Shown: one piece after another, positions 14,957-23,330 of the stretch | Position numbering within the stretch: position 1 is the stretch's first letter | Layout of the letters: every line of letters begins with the position of its first letter | Virus record (IMG/VR): IMGVR_UViG_3300025312_000144 | Reading direction: 5' to 3' (one strand) | From: a virus | Length of the DNA: 39,447 nt | Notes under the pieces: generated by a model | The model's database searches: none | Told to the model about the DNA's origin: nothing | What the model saw: the letters and a program-made list of their open reading frames with translations, nothing else | Made by a program: the position numbers and the translations under genes

Positions 14957-15742
14957 TTAGATATACCTCTTAGTATAAGAAAAGCCGAAAGTAACGCTAC
15001 GGCCAGTAAAATTATCTTCATAGACTAGCTTTCTGGAAGTCCCTGGCTCGAAACTTAAAAACTTGCCGGTATAATCTACTTCAGTTCCGTTTACTGTTAA
15101 GGTCTTAGTAAAGCAATTAACTACTAGAACGTCGGTATTAACCCAATCTCTAGTGATACTTATTTCTTCGCCGGTATCGGGATTAGTCAAAGTAACTATC
15201 TTACCAGTCGCCCCACTTAGCGAAGCAAAGGTGAGAGTGATAGTAGGCAAGGCTTTATAGTTACCTAAAATGTTAAAGGTCTTTTCGCCGTAGAAGGCAG
15301 TTATAGCCGCACCCATCGCTATAGCGGTCGATTGCTCTCTATAACCGAACGGGTCGGAACAGATAAAATTGATAGAAAATGGTATAAAGCCACCTTGAGC
15401 CTCACTAAAGGTGATATTTTGCATTGTAGCGGTATAGACCCTCTCAAAGCCCCCTTGGTCTATTTTCAGAGGCTTTTCTTTAGGAGTAAGGTATTGCATT
15501 AGATTGTCTCTTGCTAACTCGGCTGCGGGGCGATTAGGAGCGATTATGGTTCCATCGATGATAATTTCACGCTGATTAAAGTCCGCCGAGACCATTTTAC
15601 CGCCGTCGTCGTTAGCCAAGCTCTTAGAATTGACCGCTCTAGTTGGGATAGAGTGGGATAATCTTTTAGTGAACTGAACGTACTCGACGTTGTCGAGGCG
15701 AACATAATTAAAATAGACTGGAAACAAATTATTATTTGCCAT
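14957..15742 (-). CDS. distal tail protein (Dit)
   Basis: 261 aa immediately after the tape measure. N-terminus LFPVYFNYVRLDN fits the siphovirus tail component family. Confidence 0.65.
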   Translation of the reverse strand: MANNNLFPVYFNYVRLDNVEYVQFTKRLSHSIPTRAVNSKSLANDDGGKMVSADFNQREIIIDGTIIAPNRPAAELARDNLMQYLTPKEKPLKIDQGGFERVYTATMQNITFSEAQGGFIPFSINFICSDPFGYREQSTAIAMGAAITAFYGEKTFNILGNYKALPTITLTFASLSGATGKIVTLTNPDTGEEISITRDWVNTDVLVVNCFTKTLTVNGTEVDYTGKFLSFEPGTSRKLVYEDNFTGRSVTFGFSYTKRYI

Positions 15743-17489
15743 TGTTTATAGTCAAACCCATTTGGGCAAGCTCCGTATTTCTACTTAATCTTTGTAAAAA
15801 GTTATCTGCTTGGACTTCCGAACCGATATTTATTGGCCCAGATATATTAGTCGTTACCGAGCGGTTATTTACTGTATCGCCGACGTTAGAAATAGCCGCC
15901 GGAGATAATCTACCCTCGAACCCTTTAGTTAGGTCTCCTATATCCTTGAACATAGTTCCGTAGAGGTCTGATATCCTAAGAGTACCTTTTTCTACCATTT
16001 GAACTAGACTAGGAGAGTGCTTACTAAAAGGATTTAACTTACTTAGACTATTACTAACGCTACTCATCTGGCTCTTAATCCAATTAAAGGCATCTCTAAA
16101 CGGCCCAACTATAGCGTTATATATAGAACCAGCTAAATTCTTGATATTAGTATAGAGCGACTTATACCAGTTAATAGTAAATTTTATATATTTAATAACT
16201 AAGGTCAAGAATTGAGCTACAAATTTTAGGTGTCTCACAAAGACAACTAAAGCCCCGATAACTAAAGCTCCGGCGACTACTGCTAGAACTTTTAGAACGG
16301 GGATAAGTATTGGCTTTATTAAGACCCATAAATCTCTTAGAGCCGGCCAAAGTTGGGTTTTAATAGTTTTCCATAAATCTTTAACCGCCGGTAAGACGTA
16401 AGTCCTAAAGGCAGAAGCGAAAAGTAAAAAGCCGGTTTTAACCGTATTTATAAAAGGCATAAAGGCGTTTATTGTATTCTGTAGGCCGCCGAAGTGTTGG
16501 ATTAACTTCTGTAAACCTAGTCCTAATAAAGCACCGGCCGCTATAAAAGGTATAAGCGGCGCCATCGTAGCGATAATACCGGCGGCTAGAGCCGCTAAAG
16601 CGGGAACTAAGCCACCGGCTATCGCTCCGGCGATAATAGGTAAGTGAGGTGCAAGCTGGCCTAATAATGCGGTAATTCTTTTCAAAAGACCCTCTGGGCC
16701 TCCCATAGAGGCGAGCCACTCGTTAAACTTATCAACCAATGGGGCTAATCGTTCGACAATAGCCTGTCCGACTAATTCTTGGAAGTCGTTAAAAGTATTT
16801 CTTAATCTAGTCATAGAACCGGCAAATGTAGTACCGGCTGCCTTAGCTGAACCGCCAAATTCTGTTTTTAGCTCTTTTAATATCATCGCTTGAGCCTTAG
16901 CAGCTTGACCAGTTTCTACTAATCTTTTAATAGTCTCTTGGTCGGTCTTATTAAAATTAACTCCGACTCTACGTAAAGCGGTTACTCCTAGTATCGGGTC
17001 TTGTAAAGCCTTACCTAATTGAATTGCAGAGGATTTAGTATCCTGACCTAACGCTTGAGACATATTAAGCATTGTTTCGGTAGCCTCTGGGAAAATATCC
17101 TTACTTATTTTGGTAAAGGTTAAAAGTAGGTTCTCGCCGGATTGGACTTGCTCGTCGGAAAATACGGTCGTACTCTGGAAAGCCTTAGCCAGCTTACTAA
17201 CTTGGTTAGCGGTAACTCCGGCAACGCCGCCGGTAGATTTTAATACTGCCTTAGTTTGCGTTAATACATTTTGGCTTTCTTGAAAGGCTTGTACCGACTT
17301 AACGCCGAATAGCGCTGCCCCTCCTGCGGCCGCAGTTAAACCTCCCAAAAGAGCAAACGAGCCAGTTTGGGCAGACTTCATCAACTTAGAGAAAGCCCCA
17401 GTCTTTTGGCTGGCTTTATTTAGACCCTGCTCGTAAGGTTTAGAGTCTAAATCTAGAGTTCCTTTTATCGCAAATACTTCTGTAGCCAT
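15732..17489 (-). CDS. tape measure protein
   Basis: 585 aa. Ala/Gly/Leu-rich helical protein with a central hydrophobic block. Canonical position after the G/GT chaperones. Confidence 0.8.
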   Translation of the reverse strand: MATEVFAIKGTLDLDSKPYEQGLNKASQKTGAFSKLMKSAQTGSFALLGGLTAAAGGAALFGVKSVQAFQESQNVLTQTKAVLKSTGGVAGVTANQVSKLAKAFQSTTVFSDEQVQSGENLLLTFTKISKDIFPEATETMLNMSQALGQDTKSSAIQLGKALQDPILGVTALRRVGVNFNKTDQETIKRLVETGQAAKAQAMILKELKTEFGGSAKAAGTTFAGSMTRLRNTFNDFQELVGQAIVERLAPLVDKFNEWLASMGGPEGLLKRITALLGQLAPHLPIIAGAIAGGLVPALAALAAGIIATMAPLIPFIAAGALLGLGLQKLIQHFGGLQNTINAFMPFINTVKTGFLLFASAFRTYVLPAVKDLWKTIKTQLWPALRDLWVLIKPILIPVLKVLAVVAGALVIGALVVFVRHLKFVAQFLTLVIKYIKFTINWYKSLYTNIKNLAGSIYNAIVGPFRDAFNWIKSQMSSVSNSLSKLNPFSKHSPSLVQMVEKGTLRISDLYGTMFKDIGDLTKGFEGRLSPAAISNVGDTVNNRSVTTNISGPINIGSEVQADNFLQRLSRNTELAQMGLTINNGK

Positions 17490-17509
17490 AATAAAAACCG
17501 CAATTAGTT

Positions 17510-18171
17510 CTAAGAGCTAAAGAATTGCTTTAACTCGGTCAAACCTTCTGCGGTGTAATCCTGACCTTCTTCAATTTCGTCTATTATATCACGGCTTTCT
17601 CTTTCTAGTGAAGATAGATAATTCTTACCGCCGTCTTTGGTAAACGGCGCGGCCGAAGCGATAACCTTATCTATCTGTTCTATCGCGTCTAATCTTAAAG
17701 ACTGCTCTAACAAAGCATAGAACCTAATCGCATATTCGTCGAGTATAGTTTCTACGGTGTAGCCTGGGTATCTTCTAAGGAAGTAGGCGAGGACTCGGAG
17801 AAATCGGACTTTTTTTTTGACTCCTGATTTGCCGGAGTAATACCAGCGGCCTCAAGAGCCTTTTTATCTTCGGGTGTAGAAAGACTATCTAGAAATTCTA
17901 GTAATCGGCCGGCTTGGTCTATAGAAATATCTATATTATCTTTCTCTAAATCGGGGATTATTGGGTAAAGAAGTTTAACAAACCGCTCTAAAGCTGCTAT
18001 GGCAGTTGGCTCGTCGACTCGCTCTTGCTTAAAGACTTGGGCTAGTTTAGTCAATTCTATAAGAGACTTTAGCTTCGGAGGCTCGACTATATAAGTCTTA
18101 CCGCCTAACTTAACTTCGCCTTTGTCCGGCATTATTGTATCAAGGTCAAGTTTCTTAGTATCAACTGCCAT
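17510..18171 (-). CDS. tail assembly chaperone GT-like fusion via -1 programmed frameshift
   Basis: I read the -1 frame codon by codon. It is open from above the slip site through to the stop at 17510 and merges with track ORF 17510..17713. Confidence 0.6.
17752..18171 (-). CDS. tail assembly chaperone (G-like, zero-frame product)
   Basis: 139-aa acidic ORF between the major tail and tape measure genes, with a slippery run near its 3' end. Confidence 0.7.
   Translation of the reverse strand: MAVDTKKLDLDTIMPDKGEVKLGGKTYIVEPPKLKSLIELTKLAQVFKQERVDEPTAIAALERFVKLLYPIIPDLEKDNIDISIDQAGRLLEFLDSLSTPEDKKALEAAGITPANQESKKKSDFSESSPTSLEDTQATP
17809..17815 (-). promoter_or_regulatory. -1 frameshift slippery heptamer A AAA AAG
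   Basis: Nine consecutive A on the minus strand (17818..17810). Zero-frame codons are TCA AAA AAA AAG. Confidence 0.6.
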
Positions 18172-18206
18172 AGAACAGCTTCTTTCAACAATAGCTCGCT
18201 AAGTTA

Positions 18207-18749
18207 CTAGCTTACGTTGGTTATACCAATGTGGCCAAATCTGCGGCCATCTCCGTAAGTTTCGTCTATCAGCGCTTTGAACGTTACCTTAAAAATTCTC
18301 TGATTGTCAACCTCGTAGTTCATCTCTACGCTAGATATAGGAACAGCTTTGTAAATAACGACATCTTCGTTAGTTACAGCGGCCGCGTCGGCTACTGGGT
18401 GAAGAACCAAAATCGCCGCCTTATTAGTCCTAAGACTATAACCGGCAGAGCGACCTAAGTTCACTCTATCGCCTTGCGAACCAGTGCTTAAATCGGAAGC
18501 ACCGATAGCCCGATTGAGGTTTCTTACACTAGGCTCGGCTAACGAAACTTCAATCTCTAGGCTCTCGCCTGTAAGTACCATATCTATCGGAGATGAGCCG
18601 TACTTATCGGCCGTAACGTCTGCGAAGTCAGGCTCGTAAACAAAGTTTACCCCTTCCTTGGTATTACCCAAGTTCACGGAGTTAAACACTATGTTCGAAA
18701 CCCCTATACGCAGGTTACGAATATCTGGCGACGTATAAAAGTCTGCCAT
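18207..18749 (-). CDS. major tail protein
   Basis: 180 aa directly upstream of the chaperone pair, with GGAGG-type SD (GAGGAGGTAAG) upstream. Call is by position and size. Confidence 0.6.
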   Translation of the reverse strand: MADFYTSPDIRNLRIGVSNIVFNSVNLGNTKEGVNFVYEPDFADVTADKYGSSPIDMVLTGESLEIEVSLAEPSVRNLNRAIGASDLSTGSQGDRVNLGRSAGYSLRTNKAAILVLHPVADAAAVTNEDVVIYKAVPISSVEMNYEVDNQRIFKVTFKALIDETYGDGRRFGHIGITNVS

Positions 18750-18763
18750 AACTTACCTCCTCA

Positions 18764-19153
18764 CTAAGATATTAGGTCAAGGTTTCGGTAAGTCAGTTCG
18801 AACGACGCTTTTAATAGTTTGCGGTCGTTCACGTCACTGTCCAAGTCATCTATCCGACCTAATGCCTTGATATTATATATCTGGTAATCTGGTAGAAAGA
18901 GAACGGCGTTACGGTGTAGAAGCTCGAATACTTGGTGTATTTTAGCGTCGGCCGCACCGTGGTCTTTATACCGCGCCCAGACGTCGATGGTCTGGTACTC
19001 GACCCCAGTATACTTATCAGGCTGGTTACTTGGTACTGATACCAACATAATAGCATCTTCTATATCTTCTGGCAACTCGCCGATAAAGATAGTAGTTCCG
19101 ACTACACCTATATTATTTTCTTCTAACCAATCCGCTAATTGAGAGGCTATCAT
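18764..19153 (-). CDS. tail completion / terminator-like protein
   Basis: 129 aa. Call is by position in the neck module. Confidence 0.45.
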   Translation of the reverse strand: MIASQLADWLEENNIGVVGTTIFIGELPEDIEDAIMLVSVPSNQPDKYTGVEYQTIDVWARYKDHGAADAKIHQVFELLHRNAVLFLPDYQIYNIKALGRIDDLDSDVNDRKLLKASFELTYRNLDLIS

Positions 19154-19509
19154 ATTCTTATAGTAGCAAAAGCCCTTCTAAAATACTCGTCCTTATTTCT
19201 TAATACCGCTTCGGCAGGGTCTCTTAAATATCTGCTTTTCCTGCCCTTCTTAAACCCGTGCGGCGGGGTTTCGAACTCCCACCTTCTAGCGTAAAGTGCG
19301 TCCGCCGGTGGGCCTTCTCCAAATCTAATCTCGTGGCGCATTAGTCCTAACCTTTTAACTCTACCGGTATTCTGTAGAGTACCCTTATCGTGCGGTACTT
19401 GTTGCTTAGAGCGACGTTCTATATCTAGCATCATTAACGCTATCGACTTATCTAACGCTAGAACGCTTTTTGCCTTATATTCTCTTGACTTATCGGTTAT
19501 TTTTATCAC
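19150..19509 (-). CDS. HK97 gp10-like neck/tail component
   Basis: 119 aa. QQVPHDKGTLQNTG resembles the vP.dTG.L motif of the gp10 family. Confidence 0.5.
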   Translation of the reverse strand: MIKITDKSREYKAKSVLALDKSIALMMLDIERRSKQQVPHDKGTLQNTGRVKRLGLMRHEIRFGEGPPADALYARRWEFETPPHGFKKGRKSRYLRDPAEAVLRNKDEYFRRAFATIRI

Positions 19510-19835
19510 GATATCAAATTAAACCTCTTTAGATAACACTTTAGAAACTCGACGTTATTTTCGAAAGTCCGCGACTTAACTATCCTCTCGACTCTAAAGG
19601 TCTCGTCGTCGGCGTTTAGTACGTCTCCTCTAGAAATATCCTCGCCAGGGTTAAACCAAGCGATAGCATCCGAGCCGGTTTCTTCCATATTGGCTCGACC
19701 ACTAAGAGTCGAAGTAATATATCTAAATCTGCCTATTAGAGTTTGGTTTAGGTTGGGGTTGTAGTTTATTAACTTACCATAACGGTCTACCCGCATCGCT
19801 ACTTTAACGATGCTTTGGTTCATTTCTGGTTTCAT
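19506..19835 (-). CDS. head closure / head-tail adaptor protein
   Basis: 109 aa. Call is by position and size between the connector and the gp10-like gene. Confidence 0.5.
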   Translation of the reverse strand: MKPEMNQSIVKVAMRVDRYGKLINYNPNLNQTLIGRFRYITSTLSGRANMEETGSDAIAWFNPGEDISRGDVLNADDETFRVERIVKSRTFENNVEFLKCYLKRFNLIS

Positions 19836-19843
19836 AAACTATA

Positions 19844-20401
19844 TTATAGCAGGACTTTTTGATAACCTTCCAGTAGACCTTTATTTACGTCGTCTATTAG
19901 CTTCCCGTATTCTTCCGCGTAGCCTTCGATAGACCGTTTAGTAAAGTTCTGGGGGTTCTGTAATATCCTCGAAACTAGAACGGTAGCAACTATAGAAATG
20001 GGATTTGGTATAGCGGCCTGTCCTAAATCGCCAACTATTTTTATATTCTTACTACCAATAGTCCATCGCCCACCTCTAAGTAAAACGCTATTTTTATAAG
20101 CAGTATTAAGGGGATAAAGAACGTAATCTTCGCCTTCAACTAATAATAAAGTTACGTCTAAGTCGTCGTCTACATAGGAAATAGAGTCTATAGTCGCCCA
20201 ATCTTCTATAAATAACTCTCTTTTACCGGTGCCGTCGTAGTATCTAGTAACATCGGTATCTGCGTTAAAAGTCCTGCCCGTATAAGTATCAATAAAAGTC
20301 ATCACCGCGCTAATAGCGGTTTCTAGAGTAGTTACCTCGTAATCTGAAAGAGGCCGCTTAAGATAAGCCTCGATTTTAGCTTGGTCGGTATAGTCTGCCA
20401 T
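19844..20401 (-). CDS. head-tail connector (gp6-like)
   Basis: N-terminus YTDQAKIEAYLKRPLSDYEVTTLETAISAVMTFIDTYTGRTF fits gp6-like connector proteins. Confidence 0.55.
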   Translation of the reverse strand: MADYTDQAKIEAYLKRPLSDYEVTTLETAISAVMTFIDTYTGRTFNADTDVTRYYDGTGKRELFIEDWATIDSISYVDDDLDVTLLLVEGEDYVLYPLNTAYKNSVLLRGGRWTIGSKNIKIVGDLGQAAIPNPISIVATVLVSRILQNPQNFTKRSIEGYAEEYGKLIDDVNKGLLEGYQKVLL

Positions 20402-20404
20402 AGT

Positions 20405-20572
20405 CTAGACATTGGTAGCTTCACAATGCTTACATTTTAATTCCGAATAGTTGCTGTAGAACGGGGGCTGTTCGAAGCCAGGGTGGCAGATACAACCGCA
20501 TTTTTCTACCTGCGGTTCTTCTTTAGTTTCTTTCGGTTCTAATATAGCCTCGTTCTTTGCGTCTTTTATCAT
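20405..20572 (-). CDS. Cys-rich small protein (55 aa)
   Basis: AAGGGGG SD. Hand-translated MIKDAKNEAILEPKETKEEPQVEKCGCICHPGFEQPPFYSNYSELKCKHCEATNV. Confidence 0.5.
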   Translation of the reverse strand: MIKDAKNEAILEPKETKEEPQVEKCGCICHPGFEQPPFYSNYSELKCKHCEATNV

Positions 20573-20588
20573 AGCTTACCCCCTTAGC

Positions 20589-20613
20589 CCTGCCCTCGGA
20601 CAGCAAGGGCAGG
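20589..20613 (-). terminator. G+C-rich hairpin just after the capsid gene (attenuator or mRNA-stabiliser candidate)
   Basis: CCTGCCCT pairs with AGGGCAGG (8 bp, 9-nt loop), 24 nt after the MCP stop. No U-tail follows. Confidence 0.3.
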
Positions 20614-20636
20614 ATAAGGTAATAAACCTTAGCTAA

Positions 20637-21938
20637 TTAGGATACTGTACCTGTTCCGATTAGCACGAAAGCCTCTGGGAATTGAACCAAGTTGTTAGCT
20701 CGGAACTCCGCCCTAAGAGCTTTAGCGTTCTGCTCGGCTAGGTTGACAGCATTAGCACCAGAGTCGTGAACTGTCGCCTCGGTAAGAGTGGTGAGGTTAA
20801 GTCCGGCTTTCCTAATAAGGGTGCTAAACTTCAAGTTCCCAAAGACAATGAAGGGTTCGTTTTCGTCACCCACTACATTGATATCGGGTAGAACTTCGAC
20901 TAACTCATAAGGATAGCCCCAGATAGTACCGGTGACTCCACCGTTTACCCCAGGTTGCCAAATGTAGTTATCGTTTTGGTCTTTAATTCTTTGAACTAAA
21001 CCAAGCAAGGTTCGGTGAAGGTAGAATTTAGCACCTACTAAAGCTCCTCCGTGAACCGTATAAATTGCTCTGTTTATATCATCGAAGTCAAGGTCGGCAA
21101 GAGCCGCACCTATAGTGACCGCGCCAGTACCGGCGGTACGTAGAATACCGCTAGTTGCGTCGGTAAAGACAAGAGTATCAATCAATCGGGCGCTTTCGAG
21201 GGCGAAGTCTTGGGTCAATTCGCTAAAGATATTGACTGCCGCATCTTCGTTTAGCTCGTCAGTTACGATTGCGATACCTGCAAACTTTCTCAAGTTTACG
21301 GTGTCTTGACCGAACGTCATCTTAGTTCCGGTCTTGGCAACGAGTTCGCCGGTTTCGTACATAGTTACTCCGCCAACTTTCTTGTTAAGAACAAGCGAGT
21401 TGGAACTAATAGTAACCGTTCTAGCGTCCCGCGCGGCTACTCCGTACACATCTTCAAGACGTGCAACTTCTGCGACGAAGTCTCGGTCAACTAGGAAACC
21501 ACCATCGGCGTTAGTAGTTTCGTTCTGATAGCCAGCTTTCTCTATTGCGTACTCGTTAAATCGCTTTAGAGTCGGTTGGTCATCTCGCATAAGAGCCTGA
21601 AGTCCTTTGAAGAACCTCACCTCTTTCGACATCTGTTCGATATCGGTTTTAACTTCTACAGTTGGAGTGTTAGCACCAATGTTTTTACTAACCACTGGCT
21701 CTATCTTCTCAACTGCTTTAGTTACGGCCTCGTCGACCTTTTTGGTAAGAACACCGGCAACTGAATTAGTAATCTTTTCCAAGGCATCCTCGGAAAGAAT
21801 TACCTCGTCGACAGTATCACCATCTTGGTCGTCTTTGGCTTTGGCCTCGGCTTCTAACGTTTCGAGTTCTTTTGCTTCCTCGTCGGTTAGAGTTTCGCCT
21901 TTAGCCTTTTTTTCTTGTAACTCTTTTAGTCTTTCCAT
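20637..21938 (-). CDS. major capsid protein, HK97 fold, with N-terminal scaffold-like delta domain
   Basis: The ATG at 21938 has GGAGG 6 nt upstream; the track start at 21950 is 4 codons earlier. Charged coiled N-terminus, then ...NADGGFLVDRDFVAEV... typical of HK97-family capsids. Confidence 0.8.
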   Translation of the reverse strand: MERLKELQEKKAKGETLTDEEAKELETLEAEAKAKDDQDGDTVDEVILSEDALEKITNSVAGVLTKKVDEAVTKAVEKIEPVVSKNIGANTPTVEVKTDIEQMSKEVRFFKGLQALMRDDQPTLKRFNEYAIEKAGYQNETTNADGGFLVDRDFVAEVARLEDVYGVAARDARTVTISSNSLVLNKKVGGVTMYETGELVAKTGTKMTFGQDTVNLRKFAGIAIVTDELNEDAAVNIFSELTQDFALESARLIDTLVFTDATSGILRTAGTGAVTIGAALADLDFDDINRAIYTVHGGALVGAKFYLHRTLLGLVQRIKDQNDNYIWQPGVNGGVTGTIWGYPYELVEVLPDINVVGDENEPFIVFGNLKFSTLIRKAGLNLTTLTEATVHDSGANAVNLAEQNAKALRAEFRANNLVQFPEAFVLIGTGTVS

Positions 21939-21950
21939 TATTACCTCCAT

Positions 21951-23051
21951 CTAGTTATCAGTACCAGATAGAATTTTGTTCACGCCGACTATAATAAGTT
22001 CGACTTGCTTATCGATAATCTGCGCGTGCTTCTTGGTCGTGACTAAAACCAACTTACGCTTACCCTTATTCTCACGCTTGTCGGTGACAAAGGCGGTTTT
22101 AATAGTATCCGCCATAGCCGACATCTGGGTTTGTAGCCCAGAAATTTGAGATGATAGGGTTTCAATACTTTTATCTTCGTCGATTTCTTCTATAGACTTA
22201 AATTCTGGTGCTTCTTCATCAAAATCTCCGTAATGACTCTTTAGGTGGTTATAAATTCCTTTTCTGTCTCCGCTAGGTACGTCTACTCCGCCTCTTGCTC
22301 CTAGTAAAGCTCCCATAGCGGCTTTAACTCCGTTCCAAACTACGGAGTGAGAACCGGCCGCTAAGTGGTGGGGAAGTTTATAACTAGATTTAACGTCAGG
22401 ATTTTCGCTATCGAACCAAGTAGAGATTGCCTTTAGTTTCGTCATATCGTCGCCGCATTCTCTAATCTGCATTGGCCCATTCCAAGCCATATCTTTATCG
22501 GCGAGTGGGGTTTTCTTATAGCCGATAACGCTCTTATCGGATATACTCTTATCTTCGCTGTCAGTAACTTCGCTAAATTCTTCAATCTCGTTAGTTTCTA
22601 GACCTTTACTTTTAGCGGTTACCATAGCTTCGCTATTAGCTGGCACCGGAACGACGCTAAATTCTAGCATCTCGCTTGCCGTCCAAGTATTATTTTCTTC
22701 GTCAAACTCTTTACCTATAAAACCAACCGAAAGACCGGTTAGATAACCACCGAGAATTAAGTTATATACCTGATTGGCAAGCATTGAGATTTCGGTAGCG
22801 AGCTTAAAACGGGCGATAAGCTGTCCGGCAGATTTGCGTAAAGATTGGGTTCTACCTATTGGTAGGCTTTGATAATCGTGGCCGTATAGGACTGGGCCTC
22901 CGGCGGCCATAAACTTTTTAACGTTTAGACCTTTTATATCTATCTTCTCGCCTTGTCTATCTATATCCTCGGTTGCGACTATACCCTCGACTTCGCCTTC
23001 GGCAAGTTTCTGGGCTTTAATAAGTTTAACTAATAATTGCTTTTTTAACAT
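21951..23051 (-). CDS. prohead serine protease (HK97 type) with C-terminal extension
   Basis: The ATG at 23051 follows AGGAG; the track start is a TTG at 23075. VEGIVATEDIDRQGEKIDIKG...YGHD is protease-like. The C-terminus has YKLPHH...GARGGV and a coiled coil. Confidence 0.75.
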   Translation of the reverse strand: MLKKQLLVKLIKAQKLAEGEVEGIVATEDIDRQGEKIDIKGLNVKKFMAAGGPVLYGHDYQSLPIGRTQSLRKSAGQLIARFKLATEISMLANQVYNLILGGYLTGLSVGFIGKEFDEENNTWTASEMLEFSVVPVPANSEAMVTAKSKGLETNEIEEFSEVTDSEDKSISDKSVIGYKKTPLADKDMAWNGPMQIRECGDDMTKLKAISTWFDSENPDVKSSYKLPHHLAAGSHSVVWNGVKAAMGALLGARGGVDVPSGDRKGIYNHLKSHYGDFDEEAPEFKSIEEIDEDKSIETLSSQISGLQTQMSAMADTIKTAFVTDKRENKGKRKLVLVTTKKHAQIIDKQVELIIVGVNKILSGTDN

Positions 23052-23078
23052 CTTACTCCTAACAAAAATCCGCAAATA

Positions 23079-23107
23079 AATATACGCTTGTATTGACTCA
23101 AGGTCAT
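23079..23107 (-). promoter_or_regulatory. candidate promoter upstream of protease and capsid genes
   Basis: Minus strand ATGACC, 17 nt, TATATT, then a leader with AGGAG. Confidence 0.25.
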
Positions 23108-23132
23108 TTATTTACGGACTACTATGGTCTCT

Positions 23133-23330
23133 TTATTTAGTTTTCAGTACGATTTTATTATATTGACTTCTAGGCTTACTGTCAATAGCGAACGAGTCGC
23201 GCTGGCTAACTATATATAATCGATTGACTGCCTTACAACGGTGGCACTTAATCGAACCGACTGCGGTTGAGAATAATCCTAGCATACCGGCGCAGTTAAA
23301 ACAGCGAACGTCTGGGATATTTCTACTCAT
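23133..23330 (-). CDS. Com-like zinc-ribbon protein
   Basis: VRCFNCAGMLGLFSTAVGSIKCHRCKAVN fits the Mu Com pattern RC..C..L.......i.C.RCK..N. Confidence 0.5.
   Translation of the reverse strand: MSRNIPDVRCFNCAGMLGLFSTAVGSIKCHRCKAVNRLYIVSQRDSFAIDSKPRSQYNKIVLKTK

Noticed and set aside
16438-16719. Same-strand out-of-frame ORFs inside larger genes: 16438..16719 in the tape measure, 18859..19056, 27059..27253, and the long form 3707..3961
   Set aside because: They are nested within well-supported longer ORFs and have Arg/Ser/Tyr-rich, implausible translations.
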